From positions 17,174,001 through 17,238,000 of the forward strand of contig OZ024766.1 of assembly GCA_964016885.1 (NCBI GenBank): a stretch of DNA of 64,000 nt, given 5' to 3'. Below the pieces are notes generated by a model. That model saw only the letters and a program-made list of their open reading frames with translations. It made no database searches and was not told the origin of the DNA. Of the stretch, positions 1 to 18,955 are shown piece by piece (position 1 is the first letter of the stretch; every line of letters begins with the position of its first letter). The stretch comes from Eledone cirrhosa. Lineage: Eukaryota. Both the position numbers and the translations under genes were made by a program.

Positions 1-119
1 TCATCACCACCACCACCACGCTTACTGCAGACACCACCACCACCACCACCATCACCACCATCATCATCATCATCATCACCGCCACCACCACCACGCTTAC
101 TGCAGACACCACCACCACC

Positions 120-153
<34 letters not shown>

Positions 154-231
154 CCACCACCATCACGATGACCAACATCAATAGAAACACCACCACCCCC
201 GCCGCAAGCCTCGCCATCATCATCATCGTCG

Positions 232-597
232 TCATATTCGAAGCGGCCCCCGCTCCCTTTCGCTCGGTTGGCATGGTGACGGCGGCGCTGCCGTCGGGCT
301 GCCGTCGCCGTCGGAGGAGGGGGAGGAGAGGAGGGGCGGCGGCGGCGGTGGTGGTGGTTGTGGTGGTGGTGGTGGTGGTTGCGGTGGGGCTGCTGCTGCT
401 GCTGCTGTTGGTGGTGGTGGTGGTGGAACGCCCCTCCGCCGCCGCCCCGCCGCTGCCCTCGCCCCGCCCCCCCCACACACGCTGATCACCTTCGAGTGGA
501 TGCGCGCGGCCGCTTCCCCGGGCCTACTTCGGCCCCTCGCCTCCCCGTCACCTCCACCGCCGCCACCACCGCCACCACCACCACATTCCCCACCCTC

Positions 598-643
<46 letters not shown>

Positions 644-991
644 CCACCATAATCAATGTCAAAGTGTCCATTGTTCCTGTAAGGGTCTGACAAGAGGGAT
701 CGGGGTTTTGAAGGGGACCCACAGGGTTTATTCAAAGAAGCTGTTGGCCTCAAAACAACGCTCTTGGTAGCGACATGGCGCTTGGGGAGACCCTTATGGG
801 TTTGTGGTTGGGGAACCCTCCAATCACCACCAGCATCATCATCATTGTCATCTTCGTAATTATAAGCCTCGTCGTTTTCATCGTTCCCACCACGACCACC
901 AACAAAGTCTCCGCCATCTCTACCACCACCACCAAAGTCTCCGCCATCTCTACCACCATCTCTATCGTCAAAATCATCACGGTAGTGGTGG

Positions 992-1023
<32 letters not shown>

Positions 1024-1207
1024 GGCCTTCTTGTTGGCGTCGTCGAGGAGTAAGCAGCTGGTAGCCAGCTTGCTCTTCACGGGGCCACTGCCGCAGCTGT
1101 TTGCTGTCCCAACACTGGCCGCAGATCCTGCGTTGTGTTTGGGCCACGTGCGAAAGGCTTTTGGTAACACGACTTCCATATGGAGACGAGGGGCGGATGG
1201 AAAGACC
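232..1207 (-). CDS. ALKBH5: ALKBH5 exon 3 (putative last coding exon, low-complexity C-terminal tail)
   Basis: Acceptor tacgttactccag|G at 1208/1207. The phase-2 join with exon 2 gives IILRR-VFPSAPRL, matching vertebrate IILRK-TRLDAPRL. The frame stays open to TGA at 232. The exact C-terminus is uncertain because of a C8 homopolymer at 467-474. Confidence 0.75.
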
Positions 1208-1254
1208 CTGGAGTAACGTAAGAGAGAAGGACAGAAATAATTAGGTTTAAAATA

Positions 1255-4200
1255 GTATTACTAGTAGACAGATTTACAGTATTACAGTAAAGACTTTAAT
1301 ATTTAATGTGATGTAGTCATAGTGTTGTTTTGTACTAAATGTTTATAGTATCTTTACTGGTGGACAGATTGTTGTGAATATTTACAGTATTACAGTAAAG
1401 ACTATAATATTTAATGTGATGTAGTCTTAGTGTTGTTTTGTACTAAATGTTTATAGTATCTTTAGTGGTGGACAGATTGTTGTGAATATTTACAGTATTA
1501 CAGTAAAGACTTTAATATTTAATGTGATGTAGTCATAGTGTTGTTTTGTACTAAATGTTTATAGTATCTTTAGTGGTGGACAGATTGTTGTGAATATTTA
1601 CAGTATTACAGTAAAGACTTTAATATTTAAAGTGGTGTAGTCATAGTGTTGTTTTGTACTAAATGTTTATAGTATCTTTAGTGGTGGACAGATTGTTGTG
1701 AATATTTACAGTATTACAGTAAAGACTTTAATATTTAAAGTGGTGTAGTCATAGTGTTGTTTTGTACTAAATGTTTATAGTATCTTTACTGGTGGACAGA
1801 TTGTTGTGAATATTTACAGTATTACAGTAAAGACTTTAATATTTAATGTGATGTAGTCATAGTGTTGTTTTGTACTAAATGTTTATAGTATCTTTACTGG
1901 TGGACAGATTGTTGTGAATATTTACAGTATTACAGTAAAGACTATAATATTTAATGTGGTGTAGTCATAGTGTTGTTTTGTACTAAATGTTTATAGTATC
2001 TTTACTGGTGGACAGATTGTTGTGAATATTTACAGTACTACAGTAAAGACTTTAATATTTAATGTGATGCAGTCATAGTGTTGTTTTGTACTAAATGTTT
2101 ATAGTATCTTTACTGGTGGACAGATTGTTGTGAATATTTACAGTATTACAGTAAAGACTTTAATATTTAATGTGATGTAGTCATAGTGTTGTTTTGTACT
2201 AAATGTTTATAGTATCTTTACTGGTGGACAGATTGTTGTGAATATTTACAGTATTACAGTAAAGACTTTAATATTTAATGTGATGCAGTCATAGTGTTGT
2301 TTTGTACTAAATGTTTATAGTATCTTTACTGGTGGATAGATTGTTGTGAATATTTACAGTATTACAGTAAAGACTTTAATATTTAATGTGATGTAGTCAT
2401 AGTGTTGTTTTGTACTAAATGTTTATAGTATCTTTACTGGTGGACAGATTGTTGTGAATATTTACAGTATTACAGTAAAGACTTTAATATTTAATGTGAT
2501 GTAGTCATAGTGTTGTTTTGTACTAAATGTTTATAGTATCTTTACTGGTGGACAGATTGTTGTGAATATTTACAGTATTACAGTAAAGACTTTAATATTT
2601 AATGTGATGTAGTCATAGTGTTGTTTTGTACTAAATGTTTATAGTATCTTTACTGGTGGACAGATTGTTGTGAATATTTACAGTATTACAGTAAAGACTT
2701 TAATATTTAATGTGATGTAGTCATAGTGTTGTTTTGTACTAAATGTTTATAGTATCTTTATTAGTGGACAGATTGTTGTGAATATTTACAGTATTACAGT
2801 AAAGACTTTAATATTTAATGTGATGTAGTCATAGTGTTGTTTTGTACTAAATGTTTATAGTATCTTTACTGGTGGACAGATTGTTGTAAATATTTACAGT
2901 ATTACAGTAAAGACTTTAATATTTAATGTGATGTAGTCATAGTGTTGTTTTGTACTAAATGTTTATAGTATCTTTACTGGTGGACAGATTGTTGTGAATA
3001 TTTACAGTATTACAGTAAAGACTTTATTATTTAATGTGATGTAGTCATAGTGTTGTTTTCTACTAAATGTTTATAGTATCTTTACTGGTAGACAGATTGT
3101 TGTGAATATTTACAGTATTACAGTAAAGACTTTAATATTTAATGTGATGTAGTCATAGTGTTGTTTTGTACTAAATGTTTATAGTATCTTTACTGGTGGA
3201 CAGATTGTTGTGAATATTTACAGTATTACAGTAAAGACTTTAATATTTAATGTGATGTAGTCATAGTGTTGTTTTGTACTAAATGTTTATAGTATCTTTA
3301 CTGGTGGACAGATTGTTGTGTATATTTACAGTATTACAGTAAAGACTTTAATATTTAATGTGGTGTAGTCATAGTGTTGTTTTGTACTAAATGTTTATAG
3401 TATCTTTACTGGTGGACAGATTGTTGTGAATATTTACAGTATTACAGTAAAGACTGTAATATTTAATGTGATGTAGTCATAGTGTTGTTTTGTACTAAAT
3501 GTTTATAGTATCTTTACTGGTGGACAGATTGTGGTGAATATTTACAGTATTACAGTAAAGACTTTAATATTTAATGTGATGTAGTCATAGTGTTGTTTTG
3601 TACTAAATGTTTATAGTATCTTTACTGGTGGACAGATTGTTGTGAATATTTACAGTATTACAGTAAAGACTTTAATATTTAATGTGATGTATTCATAGTG
3701 TTGTTTTGTACTAAATGTTTATAGTATCTTTACTGGTGGACAGATTGTTGTGAATATTTACAGTATTACAGTAAAGACTTTAATATTTAATGTGATGTAG
3801 CCATAGTGTTGTTTTGTACTAAATGTTTATAGTATCTTTACTGGTGGACAGATTGTTGTGAATATTTACAGTATTACAGTAAAGACTTTAATATTTAATG
3901 TGATGTAGTCATAGTGTTGTTTTGTACTAAATGTTTATAGTATCTTTACTGGTAGACAGATTGTTGTGAATATTTACAGTATTACAGTAAAGACTTAAAT
4001 ATTTAATGTGATGTAGTCATAGTGTTGTTTTGTACTAAATGTTTATAGTATCTTTACTGGTAGACAGATTGTTGTGAAAATTTACAGTATTACAGTAAAG
4101 ACTTTAATATTTAATGTGATGTAGTCATAGTGTTGTTTTGTACTAAATGTTTATAGTATCTTTACTGGTAGACAGATTGTTGTGAATATTTACAGTATTA

Positions 4201-7200
4201 CAGTAAAGACTTAAATATTTAATGTGATGTAGTCATAGTGTTGTTTTGTACTAAATGTTTATAGTATCTTTACTGGTAGACAGATTGTTGTGAAAATTTA
4301 CAGTATTACAGTAAAGACTTTAATATTTAATGTGATGTAGTCATAGTGTTGTTTTGTACTAAATGTTTATAGTATCTTTACTGGTGGACAGATTGTTGTG
4401 AATATTTACAGTATTACAGTAAAGACTTTAATATTTAATGTGATGTAGTCATAGTGTTGTTTTGTACTAAATGTTTATAGTATCTTTACTGGTGGACAGA
4501 TTGTTGTGAATATTTACAGTATTACAGTAAAGACTTTAATATTTAATGTGATGTAGTCATAGTGTTGTTTTGTACTAAATGTTTATAGTATCTTTACTGG
4601 TGGACAGATTGTTGTGAATATTTACAGTATTACAGTAAAGACTTTAATATTTAATGTGATGTAGTCATAGTGTTGTTTTGTACTAAATGTTTATAGTATC
4701 TTTACTGGTGGACAGATTGTTGTGAATATTTACAGTATTACAGTAAAGACTTTAATATTTAATGTGATGTAGTCATAGTGTTGTTTTGTACTAAATGTTT
4801 ATAGTATCTTTACTGGTGGACAGATTGTTGTGAATATTTACAGTATTACAGTAAAGACTTTAATATTTAATGTGATGCAGTCATAGTGTTGTTTTGTACT
4901 AAATGTTTATAGTATCTTTACTGGTGGACAGATTGTTGTGAATATTTACAGTATTACAGTAAAGACTTTAATATTTAATGTGATGTAGTCATAGTGTTGT
5001 TTTGTACTAAATGTTTATAGTATCTTTACTGGTGGACAGATTGTTGTGAATATTTACAGTATTACAGTAAAGACTTTAATATTTAATGTGATGTAGTCAT
5101 AGTGTTGTTTTGTACTAAATGTTTATAGTATCTTTATTAGTGGACAGATTGTTGTGAATATTTACAGTATTACAGTAAAGACTTTAATATTTAATGTGAT
5201 GTAGTCATAGTGTTGTTTTGTACTAAATGTTTATAGTATCTTTACTGGTGGACAGATTGTTGTGAATATTTACAGTATTACAGTAAAGACTTTATTATTT
5301 AATGTGATGTAGTCATAGTGTTGTTTTCTACTAAATGTTTATAGTATCTTTACTGGTAGACAGATTGTTGTGAATATTTACAGTATTACAGTAAAGACTT
5401 TAATATTTAATGTGATGTAGTCATAGTGTTGTTTTGTACTAAATGTTTATAGTATCTTTACTGGTGGACAGATTGTTGTGAATATTTACAGTATTTCAGT
5501 AAAGACTTTAATATTTAATGTGATGTAGTCATAGTGTTGTTTTGTACTAAATGTTTATAGTATCTTTACTGGTGGACAGATTGTTGTGAATATTTACAGT
5601 ATTTCAGTAAAGACTTTAATATTTAATGTGATGTAGTCATAGTGTTGTTTTGTACTAAATGTTTATAGTATCTTTACTGGTGGACAGATTGTTGTGTATA
5701 TTTACAGTATTACAGTAAAGACTTTAATATTTAATGTGGTGTAGTCATAGTGTTGTTTTGTACTAAATGTTTATAGTATCTTTACTGGTGGACAGATTGT
5801 TGTGAATATTTACAGTATTACAGTAAAGACTGTAATATTTAATGTGATGTAGTCATAGTGTTGTTTTGTACTAAATGTTTATAGTATCTTTACTGGTGGA
5901 CAGATTGTTGTGAATATTTACAGTATTACAGTAAAGACTTTAATATTTAATGTGATGTAGTCATAGTGTTGTTTTGTACTAAATGTTTATAGTATCTTTA
6001 CTGGTAGACAGATTGTTGTGAATATTTACAGTATTACAGTAAAGACTTTAATATTTAATGTGATGTAGTCATAGTGTTGTTTTGTACTAAATGTTTATAG
6101 TATCTTTACTGGTAGACAGATTGTTGTGAATATTTACAGTATTACAGTAAAGACTTTAATATTTAATGTGATGTAGTCATAGTGTTGTTTTGTACTAAAT
6201 GTTTATAGTATCTTTACTGGTGGACAGATTGTTGTGAATATTTACAGTATTACAGTAAAGACTTTAATATTTAATGTGATGTAGTCATAGTGTTGTTTTG
6301 TACTAAATGTTTATAGTATCTTTACTGGTAGACAGATTGTTGTGAATATTTACAGTATTACAGTAAAGACTTAAATATTTAATGTGATGTAGTCATAGTG
6401 TTGTTTTGTACTAAATGTTTATAGTATCTTTACTGGTAGACAGATTGTTGTGAAAATTTACAGTATTACAGTAAAGACTTTAATATTTAATGTGATGTAG
6501 TCATAGTGTTGTTTTGTACTAAATGTTTATAGTATCTTTACTGGTGGACAGATTGTTGTGAATATTTACAGTATTACAGTAAAGACTTTAATATTTAATG
6601 TGATGTAGTCATAGTGTTGTTCTGTACTAAATGTTTATAGTATCTTTACTGGTGGACAGATTGTTGTGGATATTTACAGTATTACAGTAAAGACTTTAAT
6701 ATTTAATGTGATGTAGTCATAGTGTTGTTTTGTACTAAATGTTTATAGTATCTTTACTGGTAGACAGATTGTTGTGAATATTTACAGTATTACAGTAAAG
6801 ACTTTAATATTTAATGTGATGTAGTCATAGTGTTGTTTTGTACTAAATGTTTATAGTATCTTTACTGGTAGACAGATTGTTGTGAATATTTACAGTATTA
6901 CAGTAAAGACTTTAATATTTAATGTGATGTAGTCATAGTGTTGTTTTGTACTAAATGTTTATAGTATCTTTACTGGTGGACAGATTGTTGTGAATATTTA
7001 CAGTATTACAGTAAAGACTTTAATATTTAATGTGATGTAGTCATAGTGTTGTTCTGTACTAAATGTTTATAGTATCTTTACTGGTGGACAGATTGTTGTG
7101 GATATTTACAGTATTACAGTAAAGACTTTAATATTTAATGTGATGTAGTCATAGTGTTGTTCTGTACTAAATGTTTATAGTATCTTTACTGGTGGACAGA

Positions 7201-8117
7201 TTGTTGTGGATATTTACAGTATTACAGTAAAGACTTTAATATTTAATGTGATGTAGTCATAGTGTTGTTTTGTACTAAATGTTTATAGTATCTTTACTGG
7301 TAGACAGATTGTTGTGAACATTTACAGTATTACAGTAAAGACTTTAATATATAATGTGATGTAGTCATAGTGTTGTTTTGTACTAAATGTTTATAGTATC
7401 TTTACTGGTGGACAGATTGTTGTGAATATTTACAGTATTACAGTAAAGACTTTAATATTTAATGTGATGTAGTCATAGTATTGTTTTGTACTAAATATTT
7501 ATAGTATCTTTACTGGTAGACAGATTGTTGTGAATATTTACAGTATTACAGTAAAGACTTTAATATTTAATGTGGTGTAGTCATAGTGTTGTTTTGTACT
7601 AAATGTTTATAGTATCTTTACTGGTGGACAGATTGTTGTGAATATTTACAGTATTACAGTAAAGACTTTAATATTTAATGTGATGTAGTCATAGTGTTGT
7701 TTTGTACTAAATGTTTATAGTATCTTTACTGGTAGACAGATTGTTGTGAACATTTACAGTATTACAGTAAAGACTTTAATATATAATGTGATGTAGTCAT
7801 AGTGTTGTTTTGTACTAAATGTTTATAGTATCTTTACTAGTAGACAGATTGTTGTGAATATTTACAGTATTACAGTAAAGACTTTAATATTTAATGTGAT
7901 GTAGACATAGTGTTGTTTTGTACTAAATGTTTATAGTATCTTTACTGGTGGACAGATTGTTGTGAATATTTACAGTATTACAGTAAAGACTTTAATATTT
8001 AATGTGATGTAGTCATAGTGTTGTTTTGTACTAAATGTTTATAGTATCTTTACTGGTGGACAGATTGTTGTGAATATTTACAGTATTACAGTAAAGACTT
8101 TAATATTTAATGTGATG
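1255..8117. repeat. 80-bp AT-rich minisatellite, ~85 copies, filling ALKBH5 intron 2
   Basis: Unit tttacagtattacagtaaagactttaatatttaatgtgatgtagtcatagtgttgttttgtactaaatgtttatagtatctttactggtggacagattgttgtgaata-type core repeats head to tail with rare point variants. Unit length estimated by eye; confirm with Tandem Repeats Finder. Confidence 0.9.
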
Positions 8118-8175
8118 GCAGAGATAAAGTGCAAGTGGAGATCTTGGACATGAAGGGGCCTCGGCAATAACTGAC

Positions 8176-8256
8176 CTTCTCAAGATGATGACTGCTCTCC
8201 GAGACACAACATCTTGTGGTCGAATGCAATGGGTCACACTGTTGGCTGCATACCCA
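8176..8256 (-). CDS. ALKBH5: ALKBH5 exon 2 (81 nt)
   Basis: ctattttacag|T...AGAAG|gtcagt, phase 2-2. Encodes (S)[26 protein letters not shown](R), matching human [28 protein letters not shown], including the distal Fe-binding His and the 2OG-binding Arg residues. Confidence 0.95.
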
Positions 8257-8267
8257 CTGTAAAATAG

Positions 8268-8565
8268 AAGACAGGAGATTATGTTGGGATGGTCATGTGA
8301 TGTGTATGAAAGACGACAGCTGTATAGAAAAGTGCAGGGCAAGGAGACCCCGGCATTGTATACAGAGGACCTGCAAAGACTGGAAAGAAATGAAGCATCC
8401 ACGCGCCGATGGATGTGTAATAGCAATATACACAAACAGCAAAGTGTAAATGAACTGAGGGAGAGACTAGGCTTAAAAGGGATCAGATGCAGTATACTAG
8501 AGAGGAGATTGTGTTAGTTTGGTCATGTGATGCGTATGAAGGACATCAGCTGTATAATAAGGTGC
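8268..8565 (+). mobile_element. RTE-type LINE C-terminal fragments (degenerate)
   Basis: Encodes [21 protein letters not shown]...[15 protein letters not shown]...FGHVMRMKD. Same family as the minus-strand copy at 46443-46892. Confidence 0.75.
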
Positions 8566-8699
8566 ATCTAGTTTGACCCTTTCCCTAACTAGTAACGCTA
8601 GTATTCTTTCTGCCACTTTCATAACCTGATCCATCAGTTTTATGCCTCTATAATTGCTCCTCTCCGGACCATCCCCTTTATATATATATATCTATATCT

Positions 8700-9638
8700 A
8701 TCTAAGGCGGGTAAAATTCCCGAGATCCATGGACGAGTTCTCTCCAGTTCTCTCTGTCCCTCATTATCGCTGCCATGTCAGCTCAAAAGTGACACAGAGG
8801 AGACTGAGGTTAGCTGGACATGCTCACCGACATCCAGAGTTGACACTGCACTCAGTGCTCCTGTGGGAGCCCCTACATGGACACACTGGAAGAGGGAGAC
8901 TGAGGTTAGCTGGACACGCTCACCGACATCCAGAGTTGACACTGCACTCAGTGCTCCTGTGGGAGCCCCTACATGGACACACTAGAAGAGGAAGACTGAG
9001 GTTAGCTGGACATGCTCACCAACATCCAGAGTTGACACTGCACTCAGTGCTCCTGTGGGAGCCTCTACATGGACACACTAGAAGAGGAAGACTGAGGTTA
9101 GCTGGACATGCTCACCGACATCCAGAGTTGACACTGCACTCAGTGCTCCTGTGGGAGCCCCTACATGGACACACTGGAAGAGGAAGACTGAGGTTAGCTG
9201 GACATGCTCACCGACATCCAGAGTTGACACTGCACTCAGTGCTCCTGTGGGAGCCCCTACATGGACACACTGGAAGAGGAAGACTGAGGTTAGCTGGACA
9301 TGCTCACCGACATCCAGAGTTGACACTGCACTCAGTGCTCCTGTGGGAGCCCCTACATGGACACACTGGAAGAGGGAGACTGAGGTTAGCTGGACATGCT
9401 CACCGACATCCAGAGTTGACACTGCACTCAGTGCTCCTGTGGGAGCCCCTACATGGACACACTGGAAGAGGAAGACTGAGGTTAGCTGGACATGGTCACC
9501 AACATCCAGAGTTGACATTGCACTCAGTGCTCCTGTGGGAGCCCCTACATGGACACACTGGAAGAGGAAGACCAAGGTTAACGTATGTTGATGCCCTAAG
9601 GACAGGCACTGGTCTGTTGGAGACGCAGGACATGGCAG

Positions 9639-9640
<2 letters not shown>
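8700..9640. mobile_element. RTE-like LINE 3' fragment with inverted terminal segment and internal 87-bp tandem amplification (~9 copies)
   Basis: Encodes RRLRLAGHAHRHPELTLHSVLLWEPLHGHTGRGRPRLTYVD, a typical RTE C-terminus. 8700-8778 is the reverse complement of the element end seen at 40125-40205. Confidence 0.8.
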
Positions 9641-9691
<51 letters not shown>

Positions 9692-9969
9692 AAACAGAAA
9701 CAACAAAGCCGACAACACAGTACAATGAAGAAATATATCAGTTCTAGACTTGAGATAGTAGGAAAAAAAAAAGAGTGTTAACGTTTTGGACAATGGTCCT
9801 TCATCAGAAGATAGAATGAGAAATAAAAGATGAAGCAGAAAGAAAGGAGATTGAGGTTGGAAAATATATTTATATTCAGACTCTTTACCTGTAACTTCTC
9901 AGGCATTTTACACCAGGTAGAGCCAACCCTACTCCACATGTAAACACAGCTGATTTTTTCTTCCAGAGA

Positions 9970-10110
9970 GAGTGTGTGTGTGTGGTGTGGTGTGGTGTGG
10001 TGTGGTGTAGTGTGGTGTAGTGTGGTGTGGTGTGGTGTGGTGTGGTGTGGTGTGGTGTAGTGTAGTGTGGTGTGGTGTAGTGTAGTGTGTGTAGTGTGGT
10101 GTGGTGTTGC
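9970..10110. repeat. (GTGTG)n/(GTGTA)n microsatellite
   Basis: Direct reading. Confidence 0.95.
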
Positions 10111-10657
10111 ACACAAGAAAAGGGGACAAAACAAGGACACATGCCGGGGATTTTACACACAGTCGTGTAAAAATATGAAACAAACAAATATAACAATCGA
10201 AATCCCCAATAGGGGTGAGGCCCCACAAATGGGTTGTTTAATACCCCGTAGATAGAACAACCCTCAACTTCAGGAGCATGTTGTGCAAGTGCTCCCTTCT
10301 TCCTTTTGCTCTCTTCTTCAACCTACAGGTTTATATACAGAGAAGGCCCAATCACTCGGGACATTGTTGTCACATTCACCCACCTTTCAGTGAATTTACT
10401 GGGGTACAGCACCTCTCCCTCCATCCTGATTCTTCTTCCAAAGTGGTATTTGAAAAAAAGAATCAGTTGTTGGTCGGAGAGAAAGGTGTCTGACCTCAGC
10501 CCTTTTAACCTCGTCCACCATACAACCTCTTTTGCCATAGCTATCACACAGGGGAAAACCGCCTCTCCTTCGTTTTTGAAGGAGAGTGGCAGTTTGATCA
10601 TGACAATGGACTCGGTGGTCAACCGGATTGGTCCCACCCGCGACAATAGTCGCCTTC
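10110..10657 (-). mobile_element. 5'-truncated Tx1/L1-type LINE (ORF2 C-terminus plus 3'UTR)
   Basis: Encodes LSRVGPIRLTTESIV...KEVVWWTRLKGLRSDTFLSDQQL...PSLYINL, near-identical to the ORF2 end of the full-length element at 28367. Confidence 0.9.
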
Positions 10658-10683
10658 TAAAGACAGGTAGATAGATAAATTTA

Positions 10684-14126
<3,443 letters not shown>

Positions 14127-14552
14127 GACAGACAGACAGGCAGGCAGAGGGAGAGAGGGACAGACAGGCAGACAGACAGACAGAGAGACAGATAGAGAGA
14201 CAGACAGGCAGAGAGAGAGACAGGCAGACAGAGAGACAAACAGAGAGACAGGTAGAGAGACATATAGACAGGCAGAGAGACAGACAGACAGAGAGACAGG
14301 TAGAGAGAGGGACAGAGAGACAGACAGACAGGCAGAGAGAGAGAGAGAGAGACAGAGACAGATAGACAGACAGACAGAGAGACAGGCAGAGAGGCAGAGA
14401 GAGAGAGGGACAGACAGTCAGAGAGACAGGCAGAGAGACAGAGAGACAGGTAGAGAGAGGGACAGAGAGGCAGATAGACAGAGAGACAGGCAGAGAGACA
14501 GAGAGAGGGACAGACAGGCAGAGAGACAGACAGACAGGCAGAGAGACAGTTA

Positions 14553-16007
<1,455 letters not shown>

Positions 16008-16009
16008 TT

Positions 16010-16079
16010 ATTCTCGTTCTTTCTCTCTCTATCTCTCTATATCTATATTTCTCTCTCTATCTTTCTATATCTATCTATT

Positions 16080-16114
<35 letters not shown>

Positions 16115-16234
16115 CTATATATCTCGCTCTCTCGCTATATATATCTATCTCTCTCTCTACTTCCGCTCTATCTCTCTCTCTCTCCCTCTCTCTCTCTATA
16201 TATATATATATCTCGCTATATATATCTATCTATG

Positions 16235-16299
<65 letters not shown>

Positions 16300-16595
16300 C
16301 TCTCTCTATATATATCTATCTATCTCCCTCTCTCTCTCTCTATATATATATCTGTCTCTCTCTATATATCTATCTGTCTCTCTCTATATATCTATCTGTC
16401 TCTCTCTCTCTCTCTATATATATATCTGTCTGTCTCTCTCTATATATATATATATCTATCTCTCTCTCTATATATATATATATCTGTCTGTCTCTCTCTC
16501 TCTCTATATATATCTCTCTCTCTATATATATATCTGTCTGTCTCTCTCTGTATATATATCTATCTCTCTCTCTCTCTATCTACTTTCTCTCTATA

Positions 16596-16646
<51 letters not shown>

Positions 16647-16667
16647 CTGTCTGTCTCTCTCTCTATA

Positions 16668-16700
<33 letters not shown>

Positions 16701-16788
16701 CTATCTCTCTCTCTATCTACTTTCTCTCTATATATATATATCTCTCTCTCTCTATATATATATATATATCTGTCTGTCTCTCTCTCTA

Positions 16789-16821
<33 letters not shown>

Positions 16822-16864
16822 CTATATATATATATATATCTGTCTCTCTCTCTCTCTATATATA

Positions 16865-16903
<39 letters not shown>

Positions 16904-17012
16904 CTGTCTGTCTCTCTCTATATATATATATCTATCTATCTCTCTCTATATATATATCTGTCTGTCTCTCTCTCTCTCTATATATATATATCTCTCTCTC
17001 TCTATATATATA

Positions 17013-17043
<31 letters not shown>

Positions 17044-17730
17044 CTATATCTGTCTGTCTCTCTCTCTCTATATATATATATATCTGTCTGTCTCTCTCTC
17101 TATATATATATATCTCTCTATCTCTCTCTATATATATATCTGTCTGTCTCTCTCTCTATATATATCTATCTCTCTCTATATATATATCTGTCTGTCTCTC
17201 TCTCTATATATATATATCTCTCTCTCTATATATATATATATCTGTCTGTCTCTCTCTCTCTCTATATATATATCTGTCTGTCTCTCTCTCTATATATATA
17301 TCTATCTGTCTCTATATATATATCTGTCTGTCTCTCTCTCTATATCTATCTATCTGTCTCTATATATATATCTGTCTGTCTCTCTCTCTATATCTATCTA
17401 TCTCTCTCTATATATATATCTGTCTGTCTCTCTATATATATATATATATCTCTCTCTATATATATATATATATATCTGTCTGTCTCTCTCTCTATATATA
17501 TATCTATCTCTCTCTCTCTATATATATATATCTGTCTGTCTCTCTCTCTATATATATATCTCTCTCTCTCTATATATATATCTGTCTGTCTCTCTCTCTA
17601 TATATCTATCTATCTCTCTCTCTATATATATATATATGTCTGTCTCTCTCTCTATATATATATATATATCTCTCTCTCTATATATATATCTGTCTGTCTC
17701 TCTCTCTCTATATATATATCTATCTATCTC
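16010..17730. repeat. (TC)n/(TA)n/TCTG compound microsatellite
   Basis: Direct reading. A similar tract lies at 18955-20090. Confidence 0.95.
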
Positions 17731-17732
17731 TC

Positions 17733-18955
17733 AGGCGCTCACAGTCCTCTGGCAAGCGGGCGCAGTAATCAGTGGAGACTCCACTTCGACATTCTATAGA
17801 GGGATTGTACGTTACAAGGGCGACGCCGTGCTCGGAGAGACTCTGGGCGTCGAAGACGATGAGCTCACCAGTCTGTTTGGTAGGACTTTCCGCCCGGGAC
17901 CTATGGACAACTTCCAGAGGTCCCTGGCCTGGCAGTGCTACCGAGGAGCTCTACCGGTTCGTGACAAGATCTACAGGCACGGACGCCCCGGCAGGGATCC
18001 TTCCAAGAGGACGTGTCCAAGATGTGCGCAGGACATTGAAACAGTCCTGCACGCAATTGTACACTGCCCGGGCGTAAGCGACCTGTGGAACTATGCAGAA
18101 CAACTGCTGTCACGTATGGGACAAATACAGTTGACTGCCGAGTCCATAGTAAGGATCAAACCGCCAGACTCTTTCAAAAACGAAAGAGAGGCGGTTTTCC
18201 TCTGTACGGTGGCTATGGTGAAAGAAGTTATATGGTGGACGAGGTTGAGAGGACTGAGGACAGATGCCTTTCTCTCCGGACAACAATTGATTCCATTCTT
18301 TAAGTATCACTTTAGAAGGAGAATCAGGGTGGAGAGAGAGGCACTGCACCCCAGTAAATTTACTGAAAGGTGTTATATGGTGGACGAGGTTGAGAGGACT
18401 GAGGACAGATGCCTTTCTCTCCGGACAACAATTGATTCCATTCTTTAAGTATCACTTTAGAAGGAGAATCAGAGTGGAGAGAGAGGCACTGCACCCCAGT
18501 AAATTTACTGAAAGGTGTTATATGGTGGACGAGGTTGAGAGGACTGAGGACAGATGCCTTTCTCTCCGGACAACAATTGATTCCATTCTTTAAGTATCAC
18601 TTTAGAAGGAGAATCAGGGTGGAGAGAGAGGCACTGCACCCCAGTAAATTTACTGAAAGGTGGGTGAATGAAGCGAAAATGGCCCGAGTGATTGGGCCTT
18701 CTCTGTTTATAAGCCTGTAGGTTGAGGAAGAGAGCAAAAGGAAGAAAGGAGCACTTGCACAACACGCTCCTTGAGTTGAGGGTTGTTCTATCGACGGGGT
18801 ATTAAACAACCCATTTGTGGCGCCTTCCCCCTATTGGGGATCTCGATTGTTGAAATTGTTTGTTTTTATATTTTTTTACACGACTGTATGTAAAATCCCC
18901 GGCATGTCTTTGTATTGTCCCCTTTCTTGTTGCGCCCTTGTGGCTAATAAAGAAA
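17733..18955 (+). mobile_element. 5'-truncated Tx1/L1-type LINE with an internal 145-bp triplication
   Basis: Encodes [10 protein letters not shown]...[18 protein letters not shown] (zinc knuckle)...PSLFISL*. The 3'UTR ends gctaataaagaaa. The 145-bp unit starts at 18227, 18372 and 18517. Confidence 0.9.

Noticed and set aside
1255-8117. Long regular arrays (also 51228-57480 and 58235-62080) as CRISPR arrays
   Set aside because: There are no unique spacers, units are head-to-tail near-identical, no cas genes are present, and the context is eukaryotic introns.
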